From NCBI GenBank assembly GCA_028865585.1, contig JAGWJU010000001.1, positions 1 through 48,257 on the forward strand: DNA of 48,257 bases, written 5' to 3'. The notes under the pieces are model-generated. The model searched no databases, was not told where the DNA came from, and was given only the letters and a program-made list of their open reading frames with translations. The position numbers and the translations under genes were made by a program. The DNA comes from Elusimicrobiota bacterium. Lineage in GTDB: Bacteria; Elusimicrobiota; Elusimicrobia; UBA1565; UBA9628. Position 1 is the first letter of the stretch; each line of letters starts with the position of its first letter. Below are positions 1-9,617 of this stretch, piece after piece.

Positions 1-585
1 GTTCCGGCCGAGGTCGTGGCCTCGTCCTCTGACCAGTCCTACGATCGGCACGTGGCCGTGGCCGAGGAGCTCATGAAGAAGGCCGTCGCCGAGGCGTCGG
101 CGGGCGCGGACGTCTTCTTATTGCTGGACTCGCTGACCCGCCTTTCGCGCGTGCACAACCAGTTCGCCACGGGCACCCGCACCATGACGGGCGGCTTGGA
201 CACCCGCGCCATGGAGGTGCCGCGGCGCTTTTTCGGCGCGGCGCGCAAGCTGGAGGAAGGCGGATCTCTTACCATTCTGGCCACCATCCTGGTTGACACC
301 GGCAGCAAGATGGACGACATCATCTTCCAGGAGTTCAAGGGCACCGGAAACATGGAGTTGGTGCTCTTCCGCCAAGCTGCGGAGATGCGCATATTCCCGG
401 CGCTGCGGGTCAAGGACACCGGCACGCGCAAAGAGGAGAAGCTCCTGCCGCCGGAAACGCTCGAGGGCGTTTGGAAGCTGCGCCGGCACCTGGCCGATCG
501 GGGCGACTTGGAGGCGACCAAATCCTTGAACGAGCTTCTGCGCACGCACAAGACCAATAAGGCGCTTTTGGCCGCTTTGCGTTAA
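1..585 (+). CDS. rho: Transcription termination factor Rho, C-terminal part (5' end upstream of window)
   Basis: Frame 1 is open from nt 1. The translation ..VFLLLDSLTRLSRVHN..GGLDTRAMEVPRRFFGAARK..GSLTILATILVDTGSKMDDIIFQEFKGTGNMELVL matches the Rho ATPase core and C-terminus. Stop at 583-585. Confidence 0.95.
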   Translation, partial: VPAEVVASSSDQSYDRHVAVAEELMKKAVAEASAGADVFLLLDSLTRLSRVHNQFATGTRTMTGGLDTRAMEVPRRFFGAARKLEEGGSLTILATILVDTGSKMDDIIFQEFKGTGNMELVLFRQAAEMRIFPALRVKDTGTRKEEKLLPPETLEGVWKLRRHLADRGDLEATKSLNELLRTHKTNKALLAALR

Positions 586-596
586 GGAAGACGGCG

Positions 597-974
597 ATGA
601 AAAAAGCCGTTTTATCGCGCAAAGCGCCCAAGCCTATCGGCCCCTACTCTCAAGGGGTCGATTGCGGGAAGATGGTTTTCGTTTCCGGGCAGATTCCGGC
701 CGATGCCGCCGGAAATTTGACGGGCCCGGCCGTTTCCGAGCAAACGGAGCGCTGCTTAGATAACTTGGAGGCGGTGCTTAAGGCCGCGGGATTGGGGCTC
801 AAGGACGTGGTGAAGACCACGGTCTTCATGACCGACCTGGTGTGCTTTTCCGAGATGAACGAAGCCTACGCCAAGCGCTTCAAACCGCCCTATCCCGCGC
901 GCGCCGCCGTTCAGGTTTCGGCGCTGCCTAAGGGCGCGGCCGTCGAGATTGAGGCCGTTGCGGCCCGCTCCTAG
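597..974 (+). CDS. ridA: RidA/YjgF family reactive-intermediate deaminase
   Basis: 125 aa with KAPKPIGPYSQGV..VFVSGQIP.., typical of the RidA family. AAGGAAG Shine-Dalgarno at 580-586. Confidence 0.85.
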   Translation: MKKAVLSRKAPKPIGPYSQGVDCGKMVFVSGQIPADAAGNLTGPAVSEQTERCLDNLEAVLKAAGLGLKDVVKTTVFMTDLVCFSEMNEAYAKRFKPPYPARAAVQVSALPKGAAVEIEAVAARS

Positions 975-2092
975 AATTTCGGCGAGGCCAAATCGCTGAA
1001 GGCGCCCAGGTCCTGGGCCTGGACGGCGGGAGCCGCCATGTCGGCCAAGCGCTTCAAGCCCGACGGGTCATGGGCTTTGGAGAGCGCCTCCTGCATGTTG
1101 ACCAGACCCGCGCGCGTCAGGCGCGCCAAGTCCTGATCGAGCGAGACCATCCCGGAGGCCGAGCCCGTCTCGATGGCGCCGTAGATCTGGGCGATTTTGT
1201 TTTCCCGGATGAGGCTGGCCACGGCCGAATTCATGATCATGATTTCGCGCGCGCAGGTCAGGCCCCCCGCGGGCTTGGGCAGGAGAACCTGGCTGACCAC
1301 GGCCGAAAGGACGGTGCTCAAGAGCGTGCGCAGGCTGTGCTGCTGCTCGTGGGGAAATTCGTCGATGATGCGGTTGACCGTGGAAGCCGCGTCCTGGGTG
1401 TGCAGCGTGGAAAAGCACAGGTGTCCGGTTTCGGCTGCGGCCAGGGCCAGGGCCATGGTTTCCTGGTCGCGCATCTCTCCGACAAGGATGATGTCCGGGT
1501 TTTGCCGCAACGCGTATTTTAGGGCGCGACTGAAGGACCCTGTGTGCGCGCCAACTTCGCGCTGGTTGACGATGGAATTCTTGTTCTGGTAGAGGAACTC
1601 GATGGGATCCTCGATGGTGAGGATATGCTTGCTCTGGGTCTGGTTGATGCGTTCGATGAGCGCGGCCAAGGTGCTGGTCTTGCCCGAGCCCGTGGGGCCC
1701 GTGACCAGCACCAAGCCGCGGGGCTGGTTGCAGAGGTTCAAGACGGCCGCGGGAAGCCCGATTTGCTCGGGCGTCGGGATGCTGGTGGGGATGTAGCGGA
1801 ACGCCGCGGCCGTGCCGTAAGCCTGCAAGAACACGTTGACCCGGAAGCGGCCCACCCCGCGCAGGCTGAAGGCGAAATCCAGCTCGCGCTCGCGATCGAA
1901 GTCCTTCTGCTGGATGGGGGTCATGGCCGAGAAAATCCAGCGCCGGCACTCGGCCGCATCCGCGGCGGGAAAGCCCGGCAATTTTTTCAAGGTTCCGTCG
2001 ATGCGCGCGCTGGGAGGCTGGTTGGGCGCCAGAAGCACGTCGCTGGCGCGCGATTTGGCCGCGGTGGTGAGGATGTCCGTGATTTCCGCCAT
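971..2092 (-). CDS. pilT: Type IV pilus retraction ATPase PilT
   Basis: Walker A GPTGSGKTSTLAALI, then GEMRD and GHLCFSTLHT motifs. ORF 971..2308 trimmed to the internal ATG at 2092 (MAEITDIL..), which lies 9 nt downstream of a TTGACA-17-TATACT promoter. The upstream extension is Arg/Gly-rich and overlaps rlmI. Confidence 0.9.
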   Translation of the reverse strand: MAEITDILTTAAKSRASDVLLAPNQPPSARIDGTLKKLPGFPAADAAECRRWIFSAMTPIQQKDFDRERELDFAFSLRGVGRFRVNVFLQAYGTAAAFRYIPTSIPTPEQIGLPAAVLNLCNQPRGLVLVTGPTGSGKTSTLAALIERINQTQSKHILTIEDPIEFLYQNKNSIVNQREVGAHTGSFSRALKYALRQNPDIILVGEMRDQETMALALAAAETGHLCFSTLHTQDAASTVNRIIDEFPHEQQHSLRTLLSTVLSAVVSQVLLPKPAGGLTCAREIMIMNSAVASLIRENKIAQIYGAIETGSASGMVSLDQDLARLTRAGLVNMQEALSKAHDPSGLKRLADMAAPAVQAQDLGAFSDLASPKF

Positions 2093-2101
2093 TCGACGAG
2101 A

Positions 2102-2130
2102 AGTATAGCCCCGGGCTGGTTTCTTGTCAA
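2102..2130 (-). promoter_or_regulatory. Sigma70-like promoter of pilT (TTGACA-17-TATACT), near-leaderless
   Basis: Minus strand reads TTGACA (2130-2125), a 17-nt spacer AGAAACCAGCCCGGGGC, TATACT (2107-2102), then 9 nt to the ATG at 2092. Confidence 0.6.
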
Positions 2131-2152
2131 CGCCCGCGCGATATGTTGCAAT
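2124..2152 (+). promoter_or_regulatory. Sigma70-like promoter of rlmI (TTGTCA-17-TGCAAT)
   Basis: TTGTCA at 2124-2129, 17-nt spacer, TGCAAT at 2147-2152, then 10 nt to the ATG at 2163. Its -35 overlaps the pilT -35 by 5 bp within TTGTCAA. Confidence 0.45.
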
Positions 2153-2162
2153 TAAAGGCGCC

Positions 2163-3362
2163 ATGGCTTCCCACCCCGCTCCCCCGAAGGCCCCCGCCGG
2201 CCATTCTTTGCCCATTCCCTGGGTGCGCCTGCGCTCGGCGGCCTCCGGCCCGCGCGTGTTCAAGCGCATGATTTTGGACGCGGCGCCCGGAGCCAAGGCC
2301 GGCGACATCGTGGCGGTCTACGACAAGTCGGACGCGCCCTACGGCGTGGCGATGTACAACCCGCGCAACGTCGTGGCCCTGCGCCTCCTGGCCCGCGGAG
2401 TCGGCGATTTCGACGCCGAGAAATTTTTTACGCAGAAAATCGCGCAGGCGGTGGAGTTCAGGCGCGAGGTTCTGCGCTTGGACGAGGCGACGGACGCCTG
2501 CCGCCTGGTGCACGATCAGGGCGACGGCCTGCCGGGCCTGGTCATCGACCGCTACGGCGATTTTCTGGTGCTGGAATTCTACTCTCTGGGGATGTTCCGC
2601 CAAGCGGCGCTTTTGGAACGGATTTTAAAGCAGCACTTCCCCGCGGCGCGCTTCGTGCGGCGGGCCAGCGAACATTCACAGTCGATGGAAGGCTTCCGCA
2701 TCCCTCCGGGGCCGGCGTTTAAAACTCGAATCAAGGAAAACGAGGTGCTCTTCGAGGTGACGCCTTCGGAAGGCTACAAGACCGGCTTTTTTTGCGATCA
2801 GCGCGACAACCGTCTCGCGGCCGCGGCCCTGGCGCGCGACCGGAGCGTTTTAGACGTGTGCGCTTACACGGGCGGCTTTGGCCTCTACGCGGCGAAGCTG
2901 GGAGGCGCGCGGGAGACCGCGTGCGTGGAGCTCGACCCCGAGGCGCACGCGCTCATCCGCAAGAACGCCAACGTCAACGGCGTGCGCATCGATGCCGTCT
3001 GCGCCGACGCCTTTCCTTACTTGAGGCAGATGGCGGCCAATGGGCGGCGCTACGGGTTCATTGTTCTCGATCCGTACAAGCTCATCGCCTCGAAGGAGGG
3101 CGAGCGTCTGGGCCGGCAGAAATACCTGGATTTAAACCGGCTGGCGTTCTCCCTGCTCGATTCGGGCGGCATTCTGCTGACGTGCTCGTGCAGCGGGCTC
3201 CTGCCCTGGGCCGATTTCCAGCAGATCGTGCGTACGGCGGCGGGAAGCGCCGGGCGGCGGGTGCAAATTTTCCGCAAATCCGGCGCTGGAGCGGATCATC
3301 CTTTCGCGGTCGACTTTCCGGAAGGCGAATACTTGAAGGCTCTCTGGTGCCGCGCGGCCTGA
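2163..3362 (+). CDS. rlmI: Class I SAM-dependent rRNA (cytosine-C5) methyltransferase, RlmI-like (PUA + MTase)
   Basis: GLPGLVIDRYGDFLVLEF, SAM motif VLDVCAYTGGFGLYAA, IVLDPYK. The ORF track starts at TTG 2124, but that TTG is the putative -35 hexamer, so ATG 2163 is preferred. Confidence 0.8.
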   Translation: MASHPAPPKAPAGHSLPIPWVRLRSAASGPRVFKRMILDAAPGAKAGDIVAVYDKSDAPYGVAMYNPRNVVALRLLARGVGDFDAEKFFTQKIAQAVEFRREVLRLDEATDACRLVHDQGDGLPGLVIDRYGDFLVLEFYSLGMFRQAALLERILKQHFPAARFVRRASEHSQSMEGFRIPPGPAFKTRIKENEVLFEVTPSEGYKTGFFCDQRDNRLAAAALARDRSVLDVCAYTGGFGLYAAKLGGARETACVELDPEAHALIRKNANVNGVRIDAVCADAFPYLRQMAANGRRYGFIVLDPYKLIASKEGERLGRQKYLDLNRLAFSLLDSGGILLTCSCSGLLPWADFQQIVRTAAGSAGRRVQIFRKSGAGADHPFAVDFPEGEYLKALWCRAA

Positions 3363-3364
3363 GC

Positions 3365-4288
3365 ATGAGCGATATGATGGCGTCCGAAGAGGCGTTGGCC
3401 CAATACCGCGCCGCAAGGGAAGGAGCGGCCTTCGCCGTCTTCGCGGACTGGGGCGTCCTGCGCTTTGCGGGCCCGGAGCGGATGAAATTCCTTCAGGGGC
3501 TCATGACGAGCGATGTGGCGGCTCTCGCGCCCGGACAAAACGGGTGGTCCTGTCTTCTGACCGCCAAAGGACGCATCCGCGCGCACGCGCTGCTGCTGGC
3601 CCGCGAACAGGAAATTTTAGCCCTGGGTCCCGGAGCCGCGCTGCGGAACATGGCCGAGGATTTCGGACGCGTCATTTTGCTCAGCCAAACCACGATGTCG
3701 TCCGCGGAAGATTTGTCCGCGCCGATCCTTTTGCTTGGCCCGGGCGCGGCGGATCTCGCGGCCCGCGTGCCGGCCGCGTTGGACGTCCTGGCCGCGCGGG
3801 ACGAGCGGTTTTCCCCTCCGGGCACCTGGCTTCCGACGCCCAAGGACCGATCGGAAAAAATACTGGCGGCCCTGCAAAGCGCGGGAGCGGCGCGGCTGGG
3901 GGCAGAAGCCTTTGAGATGCTGCGCCTGGAGTCGGGGGTCGCCGCCTTCGGCCGCGAGTTGGGCGAGGAGGTTTTTCCCCAGGAGGCGCGGCTTGAGGCC
4001 GAGGTGAGCCTTAATAAAGGATGCTACCTCGGCCAGGAGATCATGTCGCGGCTCTCGCGCCGCGGACACGTGAACCGGCTTCTGGTCCGGCTCAAACTGG
4101 CCGGTCCGGAGGTTCCGGCCGCCGGGACGAAGGTTCTTGTCTCGGGCCGCGAGAGCGGCTCTACGGCCGGCGCGGCTTATTCGCCGCGCGAGGGCGCGGC
4201 CTTGGCCTTCGCCTTTCTGCGCCGCGAGGACGCCGCCGCCGGAACCCGCGCGGAGCTTGTGGGCGGAAGGCCTGCGGAAATTATTTAG
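3365..4288 (+). CDS. ygfZ: Folate-binding protein YgfZ (GcvT-like, Fe-S cluster maintenance family)
   Basis: ORF 2792..4288 trimmed to ATG 3365 (MSDMMASEE..), 3 nt after the rlmI stop. Carries the family signature KGCYLGQE and the GcvT-like N-terminus. Confidence 0.8.
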   Translation: MSDMMASEEALAQYRAAREGAAFAVFADWGVLRFAGPERMKFLQGLMTSDVAALAPGQNGWSCLLTAKGRIRAHALLLAREQEILALGPGAALRNMAEDFGRVILLSQTTMSSAEDLSAPILLLGPGAADLAARVPAALDVLAARDERFSPPGTWLPTPKDRSEKILAALQSAGAARLGAEAFEMLRLESGVAAFGRELGEEVFPQEARLEAEVSLNKGCYLGQEIMSRLSRRGHVNRLLVRLKLAGPEVPAAGTKVLVSGRESGSTAGAAYSPREGAALAFAFLRREDAAAGTRAELVGGRPAEII

Positions 4289-4301
4289 CGGCTGACCGCG
4301 C

Positions 4302-7037
4302 TCAGAGCGGCTGATACTGCGGCTTCCAGAGCCGCGAGAACTGCAGGGAAATCCCGGTCATGGCGCTGTAGCCCCACTCGGGCGCGACCTTAAGTCCGAA
4401 GACGTAAACGTCGATGAACGGCGCGATGTTGAGCGCGTCCGTGATGGGGATGCTGAGCTTGAGATCGGCGTCGCTTTGCAGGCGCAGATCCTGCGGGCTG
4501 TCCTTGGCGGTGAGGAAGGAGTAGTTGGCGTAGAACTCTCCCTGCAGCGTCGCCGCGCCCCAGGCATGCGACAAAATCGCGCGCGTGTGAAGGCCGTACT
4601 GGGTGTTCTGCGGCACGCGGGCTTGATTGCGCAAGAGCACGCCCGAGAGTTCCCAGGAGCTTAGCCACGTGCCGTCGTAGAACTGCACGCCGGGATAAAG
4701 GCTGTAGGTGTTTTGCTGGGGCAGCCCCGGCGGCGGCGCGAACTGCCCGTCGTACTCGAAGCCCAGAGAGGGACCCCAAGATTTTCCCATCCAGGCTTGG
4801 GATATGGTGCCGGTCTTGCGCGTCAACGTGGTCAGCGCCGTGATGTCGTTGGCGGAAGTATTTGTAATGGGAGTCTGGCCGGGCGGTTCCAGCCGGCTTT
4901 TGGCGTAGTCCATTTCCAAAGTGTTCGACCATTTGTAGACGTTTCGGAAGTAATCCGCGTCCACCTTGATGTCGCCGCCCAGCAGCATCTGGTTGTAGCC
5001 CTGGATGCGGGAGTCGGGAACTCGGGAGAAAGGGCCGTTGTTGACCACCTGGGTGTTCTGCAGGTTGAGGCTTACGTCGCGAAAGTTGACCAGCCAGAGC
5101 CCGGCTTTGGAGGTCGAGCGGCCTTCGGTCCAGGCACGGTAGAGTGCGGGCGAGGCGCCCGCGCGGGCTTGGAGCGCCGCGAGCACAAGGGCGTCCAGAT
5201 TCTTTGGCAGCGGCGTGCTTTTGCGGTTTTGCAGCCCGAGCGCTTCGGCCAGAGTCACAGGGATCGCCACGCGGTAAGTCTCGTCTTCGGAGATGCTCCG
5301 GCCCTGAATGCCGCCTGTTTTGTCCAGGCCTCCGGCGGTGAACTGCAGGTCGTCGTTCGCGGGCAGGTGCTCCGCGCCGCGCGCCGCTTGGCGCTTGATG
5401 CGGGCCAGAAGCGGCAGGATGTCGGAGCCCTTGAGGTAGAGGATTTCCATGGCGGAGTTGGTGCGCAGCCAGGCCCGCACCACGCTTTCCGGGATGGGCG
5501 CGCTGGCTTCGACCCGCACGGTCAGCGGCCAAATCCAAAGCAGGGAAAGCTCCGATTGCGTCCTGGCCGCGGACAAGGACGCGGCCAGGGTCCAGAACTC
5601 GCGGTCGCTCAAGTACATCGATGGGCGGTCGGGAAAAATGGAGCCCTCGGGGGGAATCAGCGCGGCTTGCGTGGAGAAGCCGATGCCGTAGTTTTCCGGA
5701 TCGAACTCGGGATAGCCGGGAGCCGAAGGCACCGAGGCGTCGAGGATGCGGTGGTCCACGCGGGCCGTCCAGTCGGAGCTGCTCCCGTGGACGGCGACCT
5801 CGGCGTGGATGAAATCGACCGAGGTTTCGTAGGAGTCGACGACTCCCAGGGGAGGGTCGAAGGGCCTGCGGCCGTTCTGCGAGAAAACGGATTCCGGCGG
5901 AGGCTCGGCATGGTCCGGGGTGGAACGGTCGCGCGCCAGGATGAGGTCGACCCCCGCGGCCTCGTCGGCCAGGGCCTCCGTGCCGCCGTCCATCTCGGCC
6001 AGGAGCACGACCGCGTCGCCGTCTTTGCGCCACCGGGGGGCGCGGGCGTAGATGGCCGCGATGGGGTCCGTAATTTTCATATTGGAAAGGCCGTTTTCCT
6101 TCAGGTATCTTGCGGTCGCTGGCGGGGTTACTGCCGCCAGCACCACGCGCAGGCCCCCGACGTCGACCACCGCGTGGTCCGGAAACACGGTCGTCTGGGG
6201 CGCCGAGGAATAGACGATGTTGGCGGAAATGAACTTAATGCCCCGGGGATGTTCCGCGCGGTAGCGCATCAGCGCGCTCCAGTCGCGCAGTTCCGCGTAG
6301 CCCACGCCGGAGTATCGCAGCCCCATGCGCGCCAAGTCCTCGGCCAGCGCCGCGCCGTGCGCCTCGGAAAGCACGCCTCCGAACACCTCGCCGCGGGCCA
6401 CGCCGATGAGGGGCCCATTTTTCGCCGCCTCGGCCAGCACGCTCGCTTGGCGCCCCAGGCCTCCGAAGCTCTTGCCTACCACGAGGACGCGCACTTTCCG
6501 GCCCCGCCAGGACAAATCGTAAATCGAAGCGGCGGTCTGGTGCCAGATGGTGCTTACTGTCTTGCCGGGGTTGATGAAGGCCGTGAGCACGGCGCCATCA
6601 GGGGCGGGAGATTGGAAAAGAGCGGCGGAGGAGGTGGTGAAGCTCACGCTCCAGGGCCGGCCGTAGGTCTGGGGATTTTCGGCCGCGGCGGCCAAGGCCG
6701 CGATGAGGCCCGGCTCGGGAGGATAAACGAAGGCCAGTCCCGCGCCGGTCCGCAGGACCGAGGCGGCGAGGCTTCCGGAAGAGGCGTCCGCGCTGCTTTC
6801 CGGGACGCGGAAGCGGTAGTCGCCCCCGCTGTAGTAGCACGGGAGGATCCGCACATCCTTGATGACGAGCTCGGCCGCGTCTTTCTTGGACAGCGCCTCG
6901 AGGGGCTGGGCGAGGAAGAAGGAAAAACGCGGCGGGTTGTCCTCAATGAGGGCCAAACGGAAATGGCCGCTCCGCGTCTGGGCCCGGGCCAGCCCCGGCA
7001 GGCAGAGAAGCAGCGCGGCCAGCGCGCGGGCGATCAC
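4302..7037 (-). CDS. Large outer-membrane protein: signal peptide + degenerate UshA/5'-nucleotidase-like domain + C-terminal beta-barrel
   Basis: The 1305-aa ORF 4302..8219 overlaps clpB out of frame and was trimmed to GTG 7037, which gives (M)[19 protein letters not shown]. The middle region aligns motif by motif with UshA, but the metal ligands are replaced. The last ~300 aa are alternating, aromatic-rich beta-strand-like sequence ending ..[17 protein letters not shown]. Confidence 0.7.
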   Translation of the reverse strand: MIARALAALLLCLPGLARAQTRSGHFRLALIEDNPPRFSFFLAQPLEALSKKDAAELVIKDVRILPCYYSGGDYRFRVPESSADASSGSLAASVLRTGAGLAFVYPPEPGLIAALAAAAENPQTYGRPWSVSFTTSSAALFQSPAPDGAVLTAFINPGKTVSTIWHQTAASIYDLSWRGRKVRVLVVGKSFGGLGRQASVLAEAAKNGPLIGVARGEVFGGVLSEAHGAALAEDLARMGLRYSGVGYAELRDWSALMRYRAEHPRGIKFISANIVYSSAPQTTVFPDHAVVDVGGLRVVLAAVTPPATARYLKENGLSNMKITDPIAAIYARAPRWRKDGDAVVLLAEMDGGTEALADEAAGVDLILARDRSTPDHAEPPPESVFSQNGRRPFDPPLGVVDSYETSVDFIHAEVAVHGSSSDWTARVDHRILDASVPSAPGYPEFDPENYGIGFSTQAALIPPEGSIFPDRPSMYLSDREFWTLAASLSAARTQSELSLLWIWPLTVRVEASAPIPESVVRAWLRTNSAMEILYLKGSDILPLLARIKRQAARGAEHLPANDDLQFTAGGLDKTGGIQGRSISEDETYRVAIPVTLAEALGLQNRKSTPLPKNLDALVLAALQARAGASPALYRAWTEGRSTSKAGLWLVNFRDVSLNLQNTQVVNNGPFSRVPDSRIQGYNQMLLGGDIKVDADYFRNVYKWSNTLEMDYAKSRLEPPGQTPITNTSANDITALTTLTRKTGTISQAWMGKSWGPSLGFEYDGQFAPPPGLPQQNTYSLYPGVQFYDGTWLSSWELSGVLLRNQARVPQNTQYGLHTRAILSHAWGAATLQGEFYANYSFLTAKDSPQDLRLQSDADLKLSIPITDALNIAPFIDVYVFGLKVAPEWGYSAMTGISLQFSRLWKPQYQPL

Positions 7038-9595
7038 GCGGCCGCGGCTTTGCCGCGCCCGCGGCCGGAGTTCGAAGCGATGGGGCTTAAAGTCAGCGCC
7101 CCGCCCTCCGCCCCGACCTTGACTGCGTCGCCGTCGCGGATTTCGCCGGAAAGGATCATCCGCGAGAGCGGATCGACGAGATATTTCTGCACCGCGCGCT
7201 TCAAGGGCCGGGCGCCGTAGGCGGGGTCGTAGCCCTTTTCGGCCAAAAACGCCTTGGCCGCGGCGTCCGGATCCAGAATGATGCGCCGCTCCGCGAGGCG
7301 CTTTTGCACTTGAGCGATTTGGATGTCGACGATGCGCTCCAGGTGCTTGGGATCTAAAGCGTGGAAGGCGAGAATTTCGTCGATGCGGTTCAGGAATTCC
7401 GGCCGGAAATGGACTTTCAACTGCGAGGGCTCCAGGTTCGAAGTCATCAAAAGGAGCGAGTTCTTGAAGTCGACGAGCCGTCCCTGGCCGTCGGTCAGGC
7501 GCCCGTCCTCCATGATCTGCAGCAGCGCGTTGAACACGTCCGGGTGCGCCTTCTCGATTTCGTCCAAAAGCACCACGCAGTAGGGCCTGCGCCTCACGGC
7601 TTCGGTGAGCTGTCCGCCCTCCTCGTAGCCGACGTAGCCCGGCGGCGCGCCGATGAGGCGGGAGACCGAGTGCTTCTCCATGTACTCGCTCATGTCCAGG
7701 CGCACCATGCTTTTTTCCGAATCGAAGAGCGACTCGGCCAGCGCCCGTGCGAGCTCGGTCTTGCCCACGCCCGTCGGGCCGATGAGCAGGAAGACGCCCA
7801 GCGGACGGTTCGGATCGGCCAAGCCGCTGCGCGCGCGGCGCACGGCCTGTGCCACCGCGGCCACGGCCCCGTCCTGGCCGATGACGCGCCTGTGGAGCTC
7901 GTCCTCCAAGCGCAAAAGTTTCTCCGCCTGGCCCTCTAGAAGCTTCTCGACCGGGATGCCGGTCCAGCGCGCCACGGCCTGGGCCACGTCCTCCTCCCCG
8001 ACTTCCTCTTTCAAAAGCTTGGTGCCGGACTGAAGCAGGGCGAGCTCCTTTTGCGCGGCCTCGATTTTCTTGGCCGCGTCCGGCACGCGGCCGTAGCGGA
8101 TTTCCGCGGCGCGATTCAAGTCCCCGGCGCGCTCGGCCTTGGCCTCGTCCGCGCGCAGCGTCTCCATTTCGGACTTGAGGCGCCGCAGGGCCGAGATGCA
8201 GGATTTCTCCTTGTCCCACTGGGCGCGCAGATCCTTGCGCCGGGCGTTGAGACCCGAGAGCTCCTTGTCCAGGGCGGCCAGGCGCTCGCGGCTGGCCGCG
8301 TCCTTTTCCCGCGACAAGGCGGTCTTCTCGATTTCCAGCTGCCGGATGCGGCGCTCGGCGACGTCAAGCTCCTGCGGCACGGAGTCCATCTCCATGCGCA
8401 GGCGGCTCGACGCCTCATCGATGAGGTCGACGGCCTTGTCCGGCAAAAAACGGTCCGAGATGTAGCGGTTGGAGAGGGTCGCGGCCGCGACCAGCGCGGC
8501 GTCGCGAATTTGCACGCCGTGGTGGAGCTCGTAGCGTTCCTTCAATCCCCTCAAAATCGCGATGGTATCCTCGACCGAGGGCTCGCCCACCATCACCGGG
8601 GCGAAGCGGCGCTCCAGGGCCGCGTCCTTTTCAATGTATTTCTTGTACTCGTCCAAAGTCGTCGCGCCCACGCAGCGCAGCTCCCCGCGGGCCAGCATGG
8701 GTTTGAGCATGTTGGCCGCGTCCATGCCGCCCTCGGCCGCGCCGGCGCCGACCAAGGTGTGGAGCTCGTCGATGAAGAGGACGATGCGTCCCTCCTGCGC
8801 CGCGACTTCCTTTAAGACGGCTTTCAATCGCTCCTCGAACTCTCCGCGGAATTTGGCCCCGGCCACCAGCGCCCCCAAATCGAGCGCCACGATGCGCTTA
8901 TCCTTGACGCCCTCGGGCACGTCGCCTTCCGCGATGCGCAGGGCCAGGCCCTCCACAATCGCGGTTTTGCCCACGCCCGGCTCGCCGATTAAAACGGGAT
9001 TGTTCTTGGTGCGTCGCGAAAGCACCTGGACCACGCGGCGGATTTCCGCGTCGCGCCCGATGACGGGATCCAGCTTGCCCCGCTTGGCCGCGGCCGTCAA
9101 GTCGCGGCCGTACTTCTCCAGCGACTGGAACGTGCCCTCCGGATCCCGGCTGGTCACGCGCTGAGCTCCGCGCACCGCGACCAGGGCCGAGAGGATTTTG
9201 TGCTCGTCAAGGCCGGAAGCCTTTAAAATCTTGGCCGCCGCGCCGCCCTCGTCCAGGAGCCCCAGCAGCAGGTGCTCAACGGAGACGAACTCGTCTTTCA
9301 TCGCCTCCATGCGGCTTTCCGCGAAGTTAAAGGCGCGGGTGAGCCCCGAGGCGGCGTAAATCTGCCCCCCGGAGACCTTTGGTTTTTTTTCCAGGTCCTT
9401 GCGAATGACGGCCGACACCAGCTGCGCGTCGGTGCCGGCCTTGCGCAGGATTTCGGGCACGACGCCGTCTTTCTGGCGCACCAGGGCCAGGAGCAGGTGC
9501 TCGGGCGAAAGCTCCTGGTGGCCCTCCCGCTCGGCCAGCGCGCGCGCGTCTTCGAGGGCTTCCTGCGATTTGGCGGTCCAGCGTTCCAGGTTCAT
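7034..9595 (-). CDS. clpB: Disaggregase chaperone ClpB
   Basis: 853 aa with two AAA+ modules ([18 protein letters not shown]), a Clp N-domain and a coiled-coil middle domain. Confidence 0.97.
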   Translation of the reverse strand: MNLERWTAKSQEALEDARALAEREGHQELSPEHLLLALVRQKDGVVPEILRKAGTDAQLVSAVIRKDLEKKPKVSGGQIYAASGLTRAFNFAESRMEAMKDEFVSVEHLLLGLLDEGGAAAKILKASGLDEHKILSALVAVRGAQRVTSRDPEGTFQSLEKYGRDLTAAAKRGKLDPVIGRDAEIRRVVQVLSRRTKNNPVLIGEPGVGKTAIVEGLALRIAEGDVPEGVKDKRIVALDLGALVAGAKFRGEFEERLKAVLKEVAAQEGRIVLFIDELHTLVGAGAAEGGMDAANMLKPMLARGELRCVGATTLDEYKKYIEKDAALERRFAPVMVGEPSVEDTIAILRGLKERYELHHGVQIRDAALVAAATLSNRYISDRFLPDKAVDLIDEASSRLRMEMDSVPQELDVAERRIRQLEIEKTALSREKDAASRERLAALDKELSGLNARRKDLRAQWDKEKSCISALRRLKSEMETLRADEAKAERAGDLNRAAEIRYGRVPDAAKKIEAAQKELALLQSGTKLLKEEVGEEDVAQAVARWTGIPVEKLLEGQAEKLLRLEDELHRRVIGQDGAVAAVAQAVRRARSGLADPNRPLGVFLLIGPTGVGKTELARALAESLFDSEKSMVRLDMSEYMEKHSVSRLIGAPPGYVGYEEGGQLTEAVRRRPYCVVLLDEIEKAHPDVFNALLQIMEDGRLTDGQGRLVDFKNSLLLMTSNLEPSQLKVHFRPEFLNRIDEILAFHALDPKHLERIVDIQIAQVQKRLAERRIILDPDAAAKAFLAEKGYDPAYGARPLKRAVQKYLVDPLSRMILSGEIRDGDAVKVGAEGGALTLSPIASNSGRGRGKAAAA

Positions 9596-9617
9596 GGGAA
9601 AAAGATCCCTTTTGGGG

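Noticed and set aside
4713-7220. Very long ORFs antisense to, or out of frame with, real genes. Examples: 4713..7220 (+, 835 aa), 12569..13987 (-), 14748..16391 (-), 22256..23983 (-), 26648..28480 (-), 30741..33428 (-, 895 aa), 36942..38300 (-), 43649..45271 (-).
   Set aside because: All are Arg/Gly/Ala/Pro-rich with no recognisable motifs, and each lies opposite a gene with clear family signatures. Stop-codon depletion in a GC-rich genome produces such shadow ORFs. I see no evidence of overlapping coding.
7038-8219. The N-terminal 394 aa of the 1305-aa ORF 4302..8219, which would make a giant protein overlapping clpB.
   Set aside because: This part is out of frame within clpB and consists of Arg/Gly/Pro-rich junk sequence. 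A GTG at 7037 followed by a classic signal peptide, in a GTGA overlap with the clpB stop, explains the real gene.
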